Source: Chiloscyllium plagiosum
Taxonomy: Eukaryota
Direction: 5' to 3'
Assembly (NCBI RefSeq): GCF_004010195.1
Contig: NC_057718.1
Location: 81,508,591-81,544,440, forward strand
Length of the DNA stretch: 35,850 bases
Positions 1 through 10,909 of this stretch are shown in pieces. The notes under the pieces were generated by a model. The model saw only the letters and a program-made list of their open reading frames with translations, ran no database searches and had not been told where the DNA came from. Each line of letters opens with the position of its first letter. Positions within the stretch are counted from its first letter, which is position 1. The translations under genes were made by a program, and so were the position numbers.

Positions 1-1450
1 GAGGTGCTGGAAGACTGGAGGTTGGCAAACGTGGTACCACTGTTTAAGAAGGGTGGTAAAGACAAGCCAGGGAACTATAGACCGGAGAGCCTGACCTCAG
101 TGGTGGGCAAGTTGTTGGAGGGAATCCTAAGGGACATGATGTACATGTATTTGGAAAGGCAAGGACTGATTTGGGATAGTCAACATGGCTTTGTGCATGG
201 GAAATCATGTCTCACAAACTTGATTGAGTTTTTTGAAGAAGTAACAAAGAAGATTGATGAGGTCAGAACAGTAGATGTGATCTATATAGACTTCAGTAAG
301 GCGTTCAACAAGGTTCCCCATGGGAGACTGATTAGCAAGGTTAGATCTCATGGAATACAAGGAGGACTAGCCATTTGGATATAGAACTGGTTCAAAGGTA
401 GAAGACAGAGGGTGGTGGTGGAGGGTTTTTTTTCAGACTAGAGGCCTGTGACGAGTGCAGTGCCACAAGGATCAGTGCTGGGTCCTCTACTTTTACATAA
501 TTGATTTGGATGCGGGCATAAGAGGTACAGTTAGTAAGTTTGCAGATGACACCAAAATTGGACGTGCAGTGGACACCGAGGGTTACCTCAGATTACAAAA
601 GGATCTAGACCAGATGGGCCAATGGGCTGAGAAGTGGCAGATGGAGTTTGATTCAGAAAAATGCGAGGTGCTGCATTTTGGGAAGCAAATTGTAGCAGGA
701 CTTATACACTTAATGGTAAGGTGCTAGGGAGTGTTGCTGAACAAAAACACCTTGGAGTGCAGGTTCATAGCTCCTTGAATGTGAAGTTGCAGGTAGACAG
801 GATAGTGAAGGAGGAGTTTGGTATGCTTTCCTTTATTGGTCAGAGTATTGAGTACAGGTTTTGGGAGGTTATGTTGCGGCTGTACAGGACATTTGGTTAG
901 GCCGCTGTTGGAATATTGTGTGCAATTCTGGTCTTCCTATCGGAAAGATGTTGTGAACTTGAAAGGGTTCAGAAAAGATTTACAAGCATGTTGCCAGGGT
1001 TAGAGGATCTGAGCTATAGGGAGAGGCTGAACAGGCTGGGGCTGTTTTCTCTGGAACGTCGGAGGCTGAGGGGTGACCTTATAGAGGTTTACAAAATTAT
1101 GAGGGACATGGATAGGATAAATAGACAAAGTCTTTTCCCTGGGGTCGGGGAGTCCCAAGGGCATAGGTTTAGGGTGAGAGGGGAAAGATATAAGAGACCT
1201 AAGGGGCAACTTTTTCATTCAGAGGGTGGTACGTGTATGGAATGAGCTGCCAGATGAAGTGGTGGAGGCTAGTACAATTGCAACATTTAAGAGGCATTTG
1301 GATGGGTATATGAATAGGAAGGGTTTGGAGGGATATGGGCTGGGTGCTGGCAAGTGGGACTAGATTGGGTTGGGATTTCTGGTCGGCATGGACGGGTTGG
1401 ACCGAAGGGTCTGTTTCCATGCTGTGCATCTCTATGACTCTATGATTCTA
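1..1450 (+). mobile_element. CR1-clade LINE (HER1-like), ORF2 RT region and 3' end; runs off the window start; disrupted
   Basis: ORF pieces DWRLANVVPLFKKG..PGNYRP, SQHGFVHGKSCLTNLIEFF, YIDFSKAFNKVPH, KFADDTK, ERVQKRFT..RRRLRGDLIEVYKI in shifting frames; ends in CATCTCTATGACTCTATGATTCTA tandem tail at ~1427-1450. Confidence 0.95.
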
Positions 1451-2065
1451 GGTCTCATACAAGAGGTTAGAGCACTTGGGTTGGGGGAAATATTCTGGCA
1501 TGGATTAAGGATTGGCTAATGGACAGAAAACACGAAGTAAAACTAAATGGGTCATTCTCAAAACAGCAGGCTGGGATTGGTGAAGTAACTCAAAAATCAG
1601 TCTTTAGACCCCCACTATTGACCTGCTGTTTCAATGATTTGGATATGGGAACCAAATGTAATATTTGGTTTGTGGATGATGCAAAACTAGGTGGAAATGT
1701 ACGTTGTGAACAAGAGGCAAAGGAGCTTCATGGGAATTTGGACTCGCCAAGTGAATGAGAACGAAGGTATAGCAGATGGAATATGATATGAATAAGTGTG
1801 CAGTTATCCATTTTGATAGGAAGCTCAGAGGTGCAGAATATTTCTTGAATGGTGAGAGATTGGAAAAACATTAATGTCCTGAGGAATCTGGTTTTCTATG
1901 TTCATTAGTCATTCAAAACTAACTCGCAGATGTAGCAAAAAATTTGGAAGGGAAATGGTACTTTGACCTTTATTACAAGAGGAAAGATATCCTGCTTCAA
2001 ATATATAGCACTTGGTAAAATCACACCTGGTCCTTATCAGAGGAGTACAGTGGAGGTTCACCAGA
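1451..2065 (+). mobile_element. Older decayed CR1 RT fragment, probably the host of the element at 1-1450
   Basis: Degenerate WIKDWLMDRKHEVKLNGSFS, FNDLDMGTKCNI-WFVDDAKLGG (FADD region); begins directly after the younger element's tail. Confidence 0.8.
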
Positions 2066-2560
2066 CTACTTCCTCCAAATCCAGGCGCAAGGTCCCTCCA
2101 CTAACCCTGATCAGCCCTACCATCACTCTGGCCACCCTCTTGTTCTTCACATAAGTGTAAAACGCTATAGAGGTTTTGTTAATCCTACCCGCTAAAGCTT
2201 TTTCATGTCCCCTTCTGGCTCTCCTAAGTCCATTTTTCAGTTCCTTCCTAAAGCCCTGTCTGGTCCTTGCCTCCTCAAACTTAAGTAAGCTTCCTTCTTC
2301 CTATTGACTAGATGTTCCACATCCCTTGTCATCCAAGGTTCTTTCCACCTACCATCCCTTCCTTGCCTCACAGTGGGATAAACCTGTCCAGCACTATCAG
2401 CAGGTGCTTCCAGAACACCCTCCACATTTCTGTTGTACATTTCCCTAAGAACATCTGTTCCCAATTTAGGCGCCCCAGTTCCTGCCTAATAGCATTGTAA
2501 TACTCTCTTTCCCAATTAAATAATTTCCCCTACCCTCTTCTCCATGAGTATACTAAAGGT
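2066..2560 (-). mobile_element. CR1 ORF2 fragment (endonuclease-RT linker)
   Basis: ORF 2237..2464 KEPWMTRDVEHLVNRKKEAY is homologous to RECWMTKEIEGLVKKKKEAY in the CR1 ORF at 4336..4872. Confidence 0.85.
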
Positions 2561-3060
2561 CTTGATAAAATTCAATGGTAAACATTATGAACACACTAAT
2601 AAATTGATAAAAATCAGGAATATCCTGATACATTGATGAGCGTTTTTCATGAGTATTTGCCTGAAATTATTAGTATTGCTGTGCCCAGTTTCATATTCCT
2701 GTCTCCAGAACCAGATAAAAGTTAACATGGTCCTCTGCTCAGCATTCCTGCAAACAAGATGATTAAATTCTTTGCTCATCAGACAGTACATTTTCTCTTG
2801 TGGAGTACAGGATATATGCAGACTGTATAACTTCTTTTTTGGAATTAGTTGGTTTGCTTCCCATATGTATGGTTAGGAACAGTTGGCTTTCTAGTAAATT
2901 GGCTTTGAGTGATTATGTAGAATTAGTGATGGTCAAAAGGCAATTCATTTTGCACTGGCCCAATTTTAAAGTCAACAGAGAAGAAATTCAATTGGGCTAT
3001 CAAATTGGGCTGCCAATTTATAATTGCCTATTTTTCTCTGCTGCCCAAGACCAATTTTAC

Positions 3061-3092
3061 CAGCGCTAACCACTGAGCCACCATTGCTGTCC
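3061..3092 (-). mobile_element. 32-bp 5' stub of an HE1-type SINE (tRNA A-box)
   Basis: Minus strand GGACAGCAATGGTGGCTCAGTGGTTAGCGCTG matches the 5' ends of the SINEs ending near 13152 and 25104. Confidence 0.7.
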
Positions 3093-5485
3093 TATGACCT
3101 CCCAACTCCTGTACTCAATATTCTGACCAATAAAGGAAAGCATACCAAACACCACCTTTACCTGCGACTTTACTTTCAAGGAGCTATGAACCTGCACTCC
3201 AAGGTCTCTTTGTTCAGCAACATTCCCTAAGATCTTATCATTAAGTGTATAAGTTCTGCTAAGATTTGCTTTCCCAAAATGCAGCACCTCACATTTATCT
3301 AAATTAAACTCCATCTGCCACTCCATTGGGTCATCTGATTAACATCTTGTTATAATTTGAGGTAACCTTCTTCGCTGTCCACTACACCTCCAATTTTGGT
3401 GTCATCTGCAAACTTACGAACGAGACCTCTTCAGATCATATCCAAATCATTTATATAAATGATGAAAAGTAGTGAACCCAGCACTGATCTTTGTGGCACT
3501 CCACTGGTCACAGGCCTCCAGTCTGAAAAACAACCTCCACCACCACCCTTTGTCTTCTACCTTTGAGCCAGTTCTGTATCCAAATGGCTAGTTCTCCCTG
3601 TATTCCATGAGATCTCCCATGGGGAACCTTGTCGAACGCCTTCCTGAAGTTCGCATAGATCATGTCTTCCGCTCTGCCCTCATCAATCCTCTTTGTCACT
3701 TCTTCAAAAAACTCAGTCAAGTTTGTGAGACATGATTTCCCATGCACAAAGCCATGTTGACTATCCCTAATCAGTCCTTGTCTTTCCAAATGCATGTACA
3801 TACTATCCCTCAGGATTCCCTCCAACAACTTGCCCACCACACAACGTCAGGCTCGCTGGTCTATAGTTCCCCGGCTTGTCCTTACCACCTTTTTTAAACT
3901 GTGGCAGCACGTTAGCCAACCTCCATTCTTCTGGCACCTCACCTGTGACTATCCATGATACAGATATCTCAGCAAGGGGCCCAGCAATCACTTCCCTACC
4001 TTCCCACAGAGTTGGAGGGTACACCTGATCAGGTCCTGGGGATTTATCCACTTTTATGCATTTCAAGACATCCAGCACTTCCTCCTCTGTAATATGGACA
4101 TTTTTCAAGATGTCACCATCTATTTCCCTACTTTCTATATCTTCCATGTCCTTTTCCACAGTAAACATTGATGCAAAATACTCGTTTAGTATCTCCTCCC
4201 CATCTCCTGTGGCTCCACACAAAGGCCACCTTGCTGATCTTTGAGGGGTTCTGTTCTCTCCCTAGTTACCCTTTTGTCCTTAATGTATTTGTAATAACCT
4301 TTGAATTCTCCTTAATCCTATTTGCCAAAGCTATCTCATGTTCCCCCTTTTTGCCCGCTGATTTCCCTCTTAAATATACTCCTGCTTTTACACTCTTCTA
4401 AGGAGTTACTCGATCTATCCTGTCTATACCTGACATATGCTTCCTTCTTTTTCTTAACCAAACCCTCAATTTCTTTCGTCATCCAGCATTCCCTATACCT
4501 ACCAGCCTTTCCTTTCACCCTAACAGGAATATACTTTCTCTGGATTCTCGTTATCTCATTTCTGAAGGCTTCCCATTTTCCAGCCATCCCTTTACCTGCG
4601 AACATCTGCCCCGAATCAGCTTTCGAAAGTTCTTGCCTAATACCGTCAAAATTGGCCTTTCTCCAATTTAGAAATTCACCTTTTAGATCTGGTCCATCCT
4701 TTTCCATTATTATTTTAAATCTAATAGAATTATGGCTGTTGGCCCTAAAGTGCTCCCCCACTGACACCTCAGTCACCTGCCCTGCCTTATTTCCCAAGAG
4801 TAAGTCAAGTTTTGCACCTTCTGTAGTAGGTACATCCCTTAACACTCTGGCAGAAAATTGTCTTGTACACACTTAACAAATTCCTCTCCATCTAAACCCT
4901 TAACACTATGGCAGTCCCAGTCCATGTTTGGAAAGTTAAAATCCCCTATCATAACCACCCTATAATTCTTACAGATAACTCAGATCTCCTTATAAATTTG
5001 TTTCTCAATTTCCCTCTGACTATTAAGGGGTCTTTAATACAATCCCAATATGGTAATCATCCCTGTCTTATTTCTCAAATACACACAAATAACTTCTCTG
5101 GATGTATTTCCAGAAATATCCTCCCTCAGTACAACTGTAATGCTATCCCTTATCAAAAACACCACTCCCTCTCCTCTCTTGCCTCCCTTTCTGTTCTTCC
5201 TGTAGCATTTGTATCGTGAAACATTAAGCTGCCAGTCCTGTCCATCCCTGAGCCATCTTTCTGTAATTGCTGTGACATCTCAGTCCCATGTTCCTAACCA
5301 TGCCCTGAGTTGATCTGCCTTCCCTGTTAGGCTACCTGCATTGAAACAAATGCAGTTTAATTTATCAGTCTTACCTTGTTCTCTGCTTTGTCCCCGCCTG
5401 CTCCGACTGTTTGACTCGCTTCTGTTCTCAACTGTGCCAGTTTGATGTCGTTCCTCACTATTTCCCTGGGTCCCACACCACCACT

Positions 5486-5519
5486 NNNNNNNNNNNNNCC
5501 CCCCCCCCCCCCTGCCCAG

Positions 5520-5551
<32 letters not shown>
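5486..5551. other. Assembly gap (13 N) followed by poly-C tracts
   Basis: N run 5486-5498 then C runs; corresponds to the G-rich ORF1/ORF2 junction (GGTGGGTGGGGTGGG at ~35046 in the sister copy). Confidence 0.95.
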
Positions 5552-5553
<2 letters not shown>

Positions 5554-5559
5554 ACCTTA

Positions 5560-6496
5560 CTAGTTTAAATCATCTTGAGTAGCTCCAGCAAATCTCCCTG
5601 CGAGTATATTAGTCCCTTTCCAATTTAGGTGCAATCCATCCTTCTTGAGAAGGTCACTTCTATGCCAAAAGAGATTCCAACGATCCAAAAATGTGAATCC
5701 TTCTCCCATAGACCAGCTCCTCAGCCGTGCATTCATCTGCTCTATCCTCCTATTCCTACCCTCACTAGGTCGTGGCACCTGGAGTAATCCAGATATTACT
5801 ACTTTTGCGTACTTCCGTTTTAAATTCCTACCTAATTCTCTGTAATCTCCCCTCAGAATCTCAACCTCTTCCCTTCCTTTGTCGTTGGTTCCAATGTGGA
5901 CAATGACCTCCTGCTGGGCCCTCTCCCCCTTGAGATCATTCTGCACTCTCTCTGAGACTTCCTTGATCCTGGAACCCAGGGTAGCAACACACCATTCTGA
6001 TTTTTCACTGCTGGCCACAGAATCATCTATCTGTACCTTGGACTAGAGAGTCCCCTAACACAATCGACCTCTTGGAACCCGACATGCCCCTCATTATATC
6101 AGAGCCAGTCTCGATACCAGAAACGTGGCTGTTCGTGCTACATTCCTCTGACAGTCCATCACCCCCTCCATTTTCCAAAATAGCATACTTGTTTGAAATG
6201 GGGATAGCCACAGAAGACTCCTGCACTAGCTGCCTACCTCTCTTACCTTTCCTGGAGTTAATCCATCTACATGACTATATCTGCGACTTTTCTCCCTTTC
6301 TATAACTGCCATCCATCACACCCCCTTGCTCTTGTGAATTCCTCATCGCCTCTAACTGTAGCTCCAACCGTTCCATTCGATCTGACAGGATTCGCAACCA
6401 ATGGCATTTATTGCAGATATAATCCTCAGTAATGCATAAACTCTCCCTAAAATCCCATATCTGACAAAAAGAGCACATCATTCTACTAAGGGCCAT
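5560..6496 (-). pseudogene. CR1 ORF1 remnant: CxxC-CxxC zinc finger, coiled coil, SGNH/GDSL esterase domain
   Basis: MALSRMMCSFC..ICNKC..MERLELQLEAM, then VLGDSLVQG, VHIGTND, KKDGLHLN; split by a stop and a frameshift. Confidence 0.9.
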
Positions 6497-6878
6497 TTTT
6501 GTTTCTTCTAATCTGCAGACCCAGAACATAGCACTGTCTTATTCCTCTACAAAACACTGTTCCAGGCTAACTTAATACTTATGGCTTATATTTTTAAGTT
6601 TAATCAAGAGACATGGCTCAATAAAACATATAATCAAGAAAGAACCCACTCTATTCACTACTGCAGACTTACAGCAAGGACCCAAGGCCACACTTAAAAC
6701 TATTCACATATCTGTCTCTGTGCTGTGACCTCTCCCAAACAGGTTCATCTAAGATTAGTTGTGAATTTCACTGTTTGTTAATTTTCCCAGACACACTCCG
6801 ATGTCCAGCAATACATGAGTTCAAACGGCAGAGGCAGTGACTGTGCAGGCTCACTGCTGTGCCAGTTAGCAGTGTGGG

Positions 6879-6880
6879 TT

Positions 6881-6931
<51 letters not shown>

Positions 6932-6958
6932 CTCTCTCTCTTTTTCTCTCTCTCTCTC
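6879..6958. repeat. (TTTC)n/(TC)n microsatellite inside the CR1 5' UTR
   Basis: About 13 TTTC units then TC repeats; the flanks match those of the short GA run at ~33721-33736. Confidence 0.95.
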
Positions 6959-6980
6959 CTGTCCTGACCTCCCCATGTGC

Positions 6981-7597
6981 ATTGGTATGCAGGTGCAGCA
7001 GGCAATGAGGAAAGTTAATGGCATACTAGCATACATTGCAAGAGGATTTGAGTGTAGGAGTAAAGATGTCTTGCTACAGTTATCCTGGGCCTTGGTGAGG
7101 CCACACCTTGGTTACTGTGTGCAGTTTCAGTCTCCTAGTGTAAGGAAGGACATTCTTGCTGTTGAGGTAATACAGTGAAGGTTCACCAGACAGATTCCGG
7201 AAATGGCAGGACTGACGTATGAGGAAAAACACGATCAATTGAGTTTGTACTTGCTGGAATTTAGAAGAAGGGGGGATCTCATAGAAACATATAAAATTCA
7301 GATGGAACTGGACAGGCTAGATGTGGGAACAATGTTCCCAATGTTGCAGAAGTCCAGAACTAGGGCTCACAGTCTAAGAATAACAGGTAAGCCATTCAGT
7401 ACTGAGATGAGGAAGAATTTCTTCACTTGGAGAGTTGTGAACTGGAGCTGGACATGGCCCTTGTAGCTAAAGGGATTAAGGAGTATAGGGGGAGAGAGAG
7501 CAGGAATGGGATACTGAGATTGCATGATCACATAAAATAGTGATGCAGGCGTGAAGGGCCAAATAGCCTACTCTTGCAACTATTTTCTCTGTTTCTA
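6981..7597 (+). mobile_element. CR1 3' fragment (second subfamily)
   Basis: QVQQAMRKVNGILAYIARG..LVRPHLGYCVQF, RRRGDLIETYKI; TTTCTCTGTTTCTA-type tail. Confidence 0.9.
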
Positions 7598-7759
7598 ACA
7601 TAGATGGACAGCATTCTACTCCTTCATCCAAGTCATTTCTACACAGTGAAAAACTGAGTCTCCAGTACAGATTCCTGAAACACGCATGCCACCAATTGGA
7701 GAATGCTCAAAGGTTGGAGGTAAGGGCTGACAACTCCTTGGCTCCTGATGGACTTCACT

Positions 7760-7895
7760 CTATGGTCTTAAGAAAGGAGAGTTATAAGCTAGAGCACTGG
7801 TGTTAATTTGGAAAAGTTCCATCAGACTGGAAAGTAGCAAACTTAACACTTTTACTCAAGAAGGGACAGAGCAGAAAGCAGGAAACTATCGATAG
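7760..7895 (+). mobile_element. Short decayed CR1 RT fragment
   Basis: Reads KVPSDWKVANLTLLLKKG..AGNYR. Confidence 0.7.
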
Positions 7896-8156
7896 AAATT
7901 TCTCATTTTCAGTTAAATATCTTGTCGAGTGAGGTTCATGGCACTGGTCCATGTGGCCCAGAGTAATTTTTCGTGTAAGCTTCTGCTTTTCTACTCATTA
8001 TTTGTGCACCTGACTCTTTGAGCTCCTTTCCGAAGAGATGGAAGTCCTCACCATTCCTGGGACCTGGTGGTGTCCACGCTGCTGGTACGGCATTGAAAGC
8101 CCAATAGTACGGCACTGCAGATGCTGCACATCAAAAAACTGGCCCCAACCATAATC

Positions 8157-8396
8157 ATGGAAGGCCTGATCAATAGAAAACCAAAACTGGGTTCCCAGTT
8201 CAGGATCGAGGACCTGCAGACCTTGGTAAGTGTGTTGGTAGAGAGGAGGACTGTTATTTTTCCTAAAGACTGATACAGGAAGCCACACCACCAGACCAAG
8301 CCAGGCTGCTTCCAAATTTCAGTCCAGGTTAGTGCTGCATCTCCAATGGACAGGAATAGCCAGTAGAAGGACAGTGATCTTCTGTGCTTTGCAAGG
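8157..8396 (+). pseudogene. Myb/SANT-like DNA-binding exon of PIF/Harbinger type, two in-frame stops
   Basis: Manual translation: MEGLINRKPKLGSQFRIEDLQTLVSVLVERRTVIFPKD*YRKPHHQTKPGCFQISVQVSAASPMDRNSQ*KDSDLLCFAR then GTAA donor; candidate acceptor TTACAG ending 8673 followed by KKMVH. Confidence 0.7.
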
Positions 8397-9315
8397 GTAA
8401 ATGCTACCATTTTCTCTCTTTAACTGTATAGTTCTAGGGAACCTCTGTAACTCTGCCATTGCACATGCCTCTCGCCAAGACCCATGGACTACAACTCTCA
8501 GTATTGCATACAGCATGTTCACTCAGCAGCTTTTCATCTACTTCATCCTTTCAGACTACTAACCCTTCCAACTCACTCACTGGAGACACCTCATGTGTTC
8601 ATACATCATGACTAACTGCTCTTCCATCCAATACCATCATATTCAATCCATCTCTTTGCTTATCATATTACAGAAAAAAATGGTTCACATCTTGAACTGA
8701 AATCTTCACAGCTCCCTCACTGACCTACTTGTAGTTAATGGACTGGTGGTGGCCCAGTCCCTGGACTGCAAGAACATGATCCCTTGACTAATAGGATCAA
8801 TGCTTGACTGAGCATGCCTTACACCCTGGAATGGAATAGGATGAACCTCGGGCCACCACCAGTCCATTAACTACAAGTAGGTCAGTGAGGGAGCTGTGAA
8901 GATTTCAGTTCAAGATGTGAACCATTTTTTTCTGTAATATGATAAGCAAAGAGATGGATTGAATATGATGGTATTGGATGGAAGAGCAGTTAGTCATGAT
9001 GTATGAACACATGAGGTGTCTCCAGTGAGTGAGTTGGAAGGGTTAGTAGTCTGAAAGGATGAAGTAGATGAAAAGCTGCTGAGTGAACATGCTGTATGCA
9101 ATACTGAGAGTTGTAGTCCATGGGTCTTGGCGAGAGGCATGTGCAATGGCAGAGTTACAGAGGTTCCCTAGAACTATACAGTTAAAGAGAGAAAATGGTA
9201 GCATTTACCCTTGCAAAGCACAGAAGATCACTGTCCTTCTACTGGCTATTCCTGTCCATTGGAGATGCAGCACTAACCTGGACTGAAATTTGGAAGCAGC
9301 CTGGCTTGGTCTGGT
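8290..9315. repeat. Long inverted repeat: 466-bp arms 8290-8755 and 8850-9315, 94-bp spacer
   Basis: Identical ORFs 8319..8522(-) and 9083..9286(+); paired positions sum to 17605; no mismatch found in the stretches compared by eye. Confidence 0.97.
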
Positions 9316-9457
9316 CAGTCAGACAAGCAGGAGAGACTGGAAGAACACAGCAAGCCAGGCAACATCAGTGGATAGTCACCCGAAACTTTGACTTCTCCAC
9401 CTCCTGATGCTGCCTGGCTTGCTGTGTTCTTCCAGTCTCTCCTGCTTGTCTGACTGA
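9315..9457 (+). mobile_element. Palindromic Penelope-terminus element (54-bp arms, 1 mismatch)
   Basis: Arms 9315-9368 and 9404-9457; right arm CTGATGCTGCCTGGCTTGCTGTGTTCTTCCAG resembles the Penelope 3' end at ~19927-19957; loop holds CCCGAAAC. Confidence 0.85.
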
Positions 9458-9469
9458 ACATATGCCATA

Positions 9470-10862
9470 ATATAGACATAGAAACATAGAAAATAGAAGC
9501 AGAAAATTCAATTTTATCATGGCTGATCGTCCAACTCCATACCCCGTTCCTGTTTTCTCCCTATACCCTTTGATACCTTTAGCCCAAAGGATTATATTTA
9601 ACTCCTTCTTGTTAAATACATTCACTGTTTTGTCCTCCACCACTTTTTATAGCACAGAATTCCACTGGCGAACCACTCTCTAGGTGAAGATATTTTTCCT
9701 CATCTTAGTCCTAAATGGCCTACTCTGTACCCTTAGGCAGAACTCCCTGGTTGTCAGGAACATCCTTCCTATGTTTATTTACCCTGTCTAATTCCTGTTA
9801 GAACTTTATAGGTTTCTATAAGATCCCCCTCATTCTTCTAGACTCAACTGAATATCATCCTAACTGATTCAATCTCTCTTCATACATTAGTCCTGCCATC
9901 TCAGGAATCAGTCTGGTAAACCTTTGCACGCCCTCAATAGCCAGAACATCCTCCTTCATATATGGAGGTGCTGGTGTTGGACTGGGGTGTACAAAGTTAA
10001 AAATCACACAGCACCAGGTTATAGTCCAACAAGTTTATTTGGAAGTACAAGCTTTCGGAGCGCAGCTCCTTCATGAGGTAGCTAGTAACTAGCTAAGTGT
10101 TGTCTCACCAATGCTCTATACAATTACAGCAAGGCATCCCTGCTTCTGTATTCAGATCCTTTCGCTACGAAGGCCAACATACCATTTACCTTCGTCATCA
10201 TGTGCTCCACCTGCATGTTCCTTTCAGCAACTTGTGTGTCAGGATACCGAGGTCTTGTTGCACTTCACCCTTTCCCAATTGATCACCATTTGGATAATAA
10301 TCTGCCTTCCTGTTTTTGCTACCAAAGTGTATAACCTGCCATGTATTTGCCCACTCACTTGTCCAAATCACACTGAACCGGTTCTGCATCCTCTCATAAT
10401 TCACTCTCCCAACCAGCTTTTTGTCATCTGCAAACTTGGAGATTTAAATTTAATACCCTTGTCTAAATCATTAATATATGTTGTGAATAGTTGGGTTCCA
10501 AGCTCTGGTCCCTGCGATACCATACGAATCACTGGCTGCCACTCATAATTTTTATTCCTACTCTTTGAATCCTGAGTATCAACAAGTTCTCTAGTACAAT
10601 AAGACAGTACATTATCTCTAATCCCATGGGCTTTAATTTTATATTTTAATCTCCTATGTGGGGCATTGTTGAAACTATTCTGAAATTTCACATAAAACAC
10701 AACCACTGGCTCTCCCTTACCAACTCTACTGGTTACGTCTTTGAAAAATTTCAACAGATTTGTCAAGCATGATTTCCCTTTCGGAATTCTGTCCTGACTC
10801 TCTCTGATCTTGTCACAGTTTTCCAAATCTTTTATAATACTTGTATTTTCCATTACAAACAC
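9470..10862 (-). mobile_element. Decayed CR1, RT to 3' tail, interrupted at ~9963-10095
   Basis: GKSCLTNLLKFF, QGPELGTQLFTTYINDLD, EWANTWQVIHFG; TTCTATGTTTCTATG tail on minus at ~9475-9490. Confidence 0.9.
9963..10080 (-). mobile_element. Penelope-type terminus of a second family with a mutated hammerhead core
   Basis: Minus: CCTCATGAAGGAGCTGCGCTCCGAAAGCTT..AATAAACTTGTTGGACTATAACCTGG; CTCATGA (vs CUGAUGA), stem GGAGC/GCTCC, GAAA, palindromic AGCT. Confidence 0.75.
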
Positions 10863-10909
10863 TTTTACAGTCCAACTTCACCTCACTAAGGACTACTCCC
10901 CTTTATAAT

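Larger units (their letters stand above)
3093..6980 (-). mobile_element. CR1-clade LINE with 5' UTR, ORF1 and ORF2 (APE+RT), 3' end missing
   Basis: On minus: 5' UTR (aligns with ~33700-34110), ORF1, APE (PTTEGAKLDLLLGN..SHNSIRF), RT (VDKSPGPDQVYP, SQHGFVHG, WQMEFNLDKCEVLHFG); multiple stops and frameshifts. Confidence 0.95.

Noticed and set aside
4322..4876. Long plus-strand ORF of 184 aa
   Set aside because: Antisense shadow of CR1 ORF2.
5499..5551. Poly-C tracts (also 17421-17442) as functional G-quadruplexes
   Set aside because: One abuts an N gap, and homopolymer lengths are unreliable in assemblies; both lie inside dead TEs.
6778..7005. Lys/Glu/Arg-rich ORF
   Set aside because: Translation of the (GAAA)n microsatellite.
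8319..9286. Two identical 67-aa ORFs as a duplicated gene
   Set aside because: By-product of the inverted repeat; they lie antisense to the Myb remnant and show no recognisable domain.
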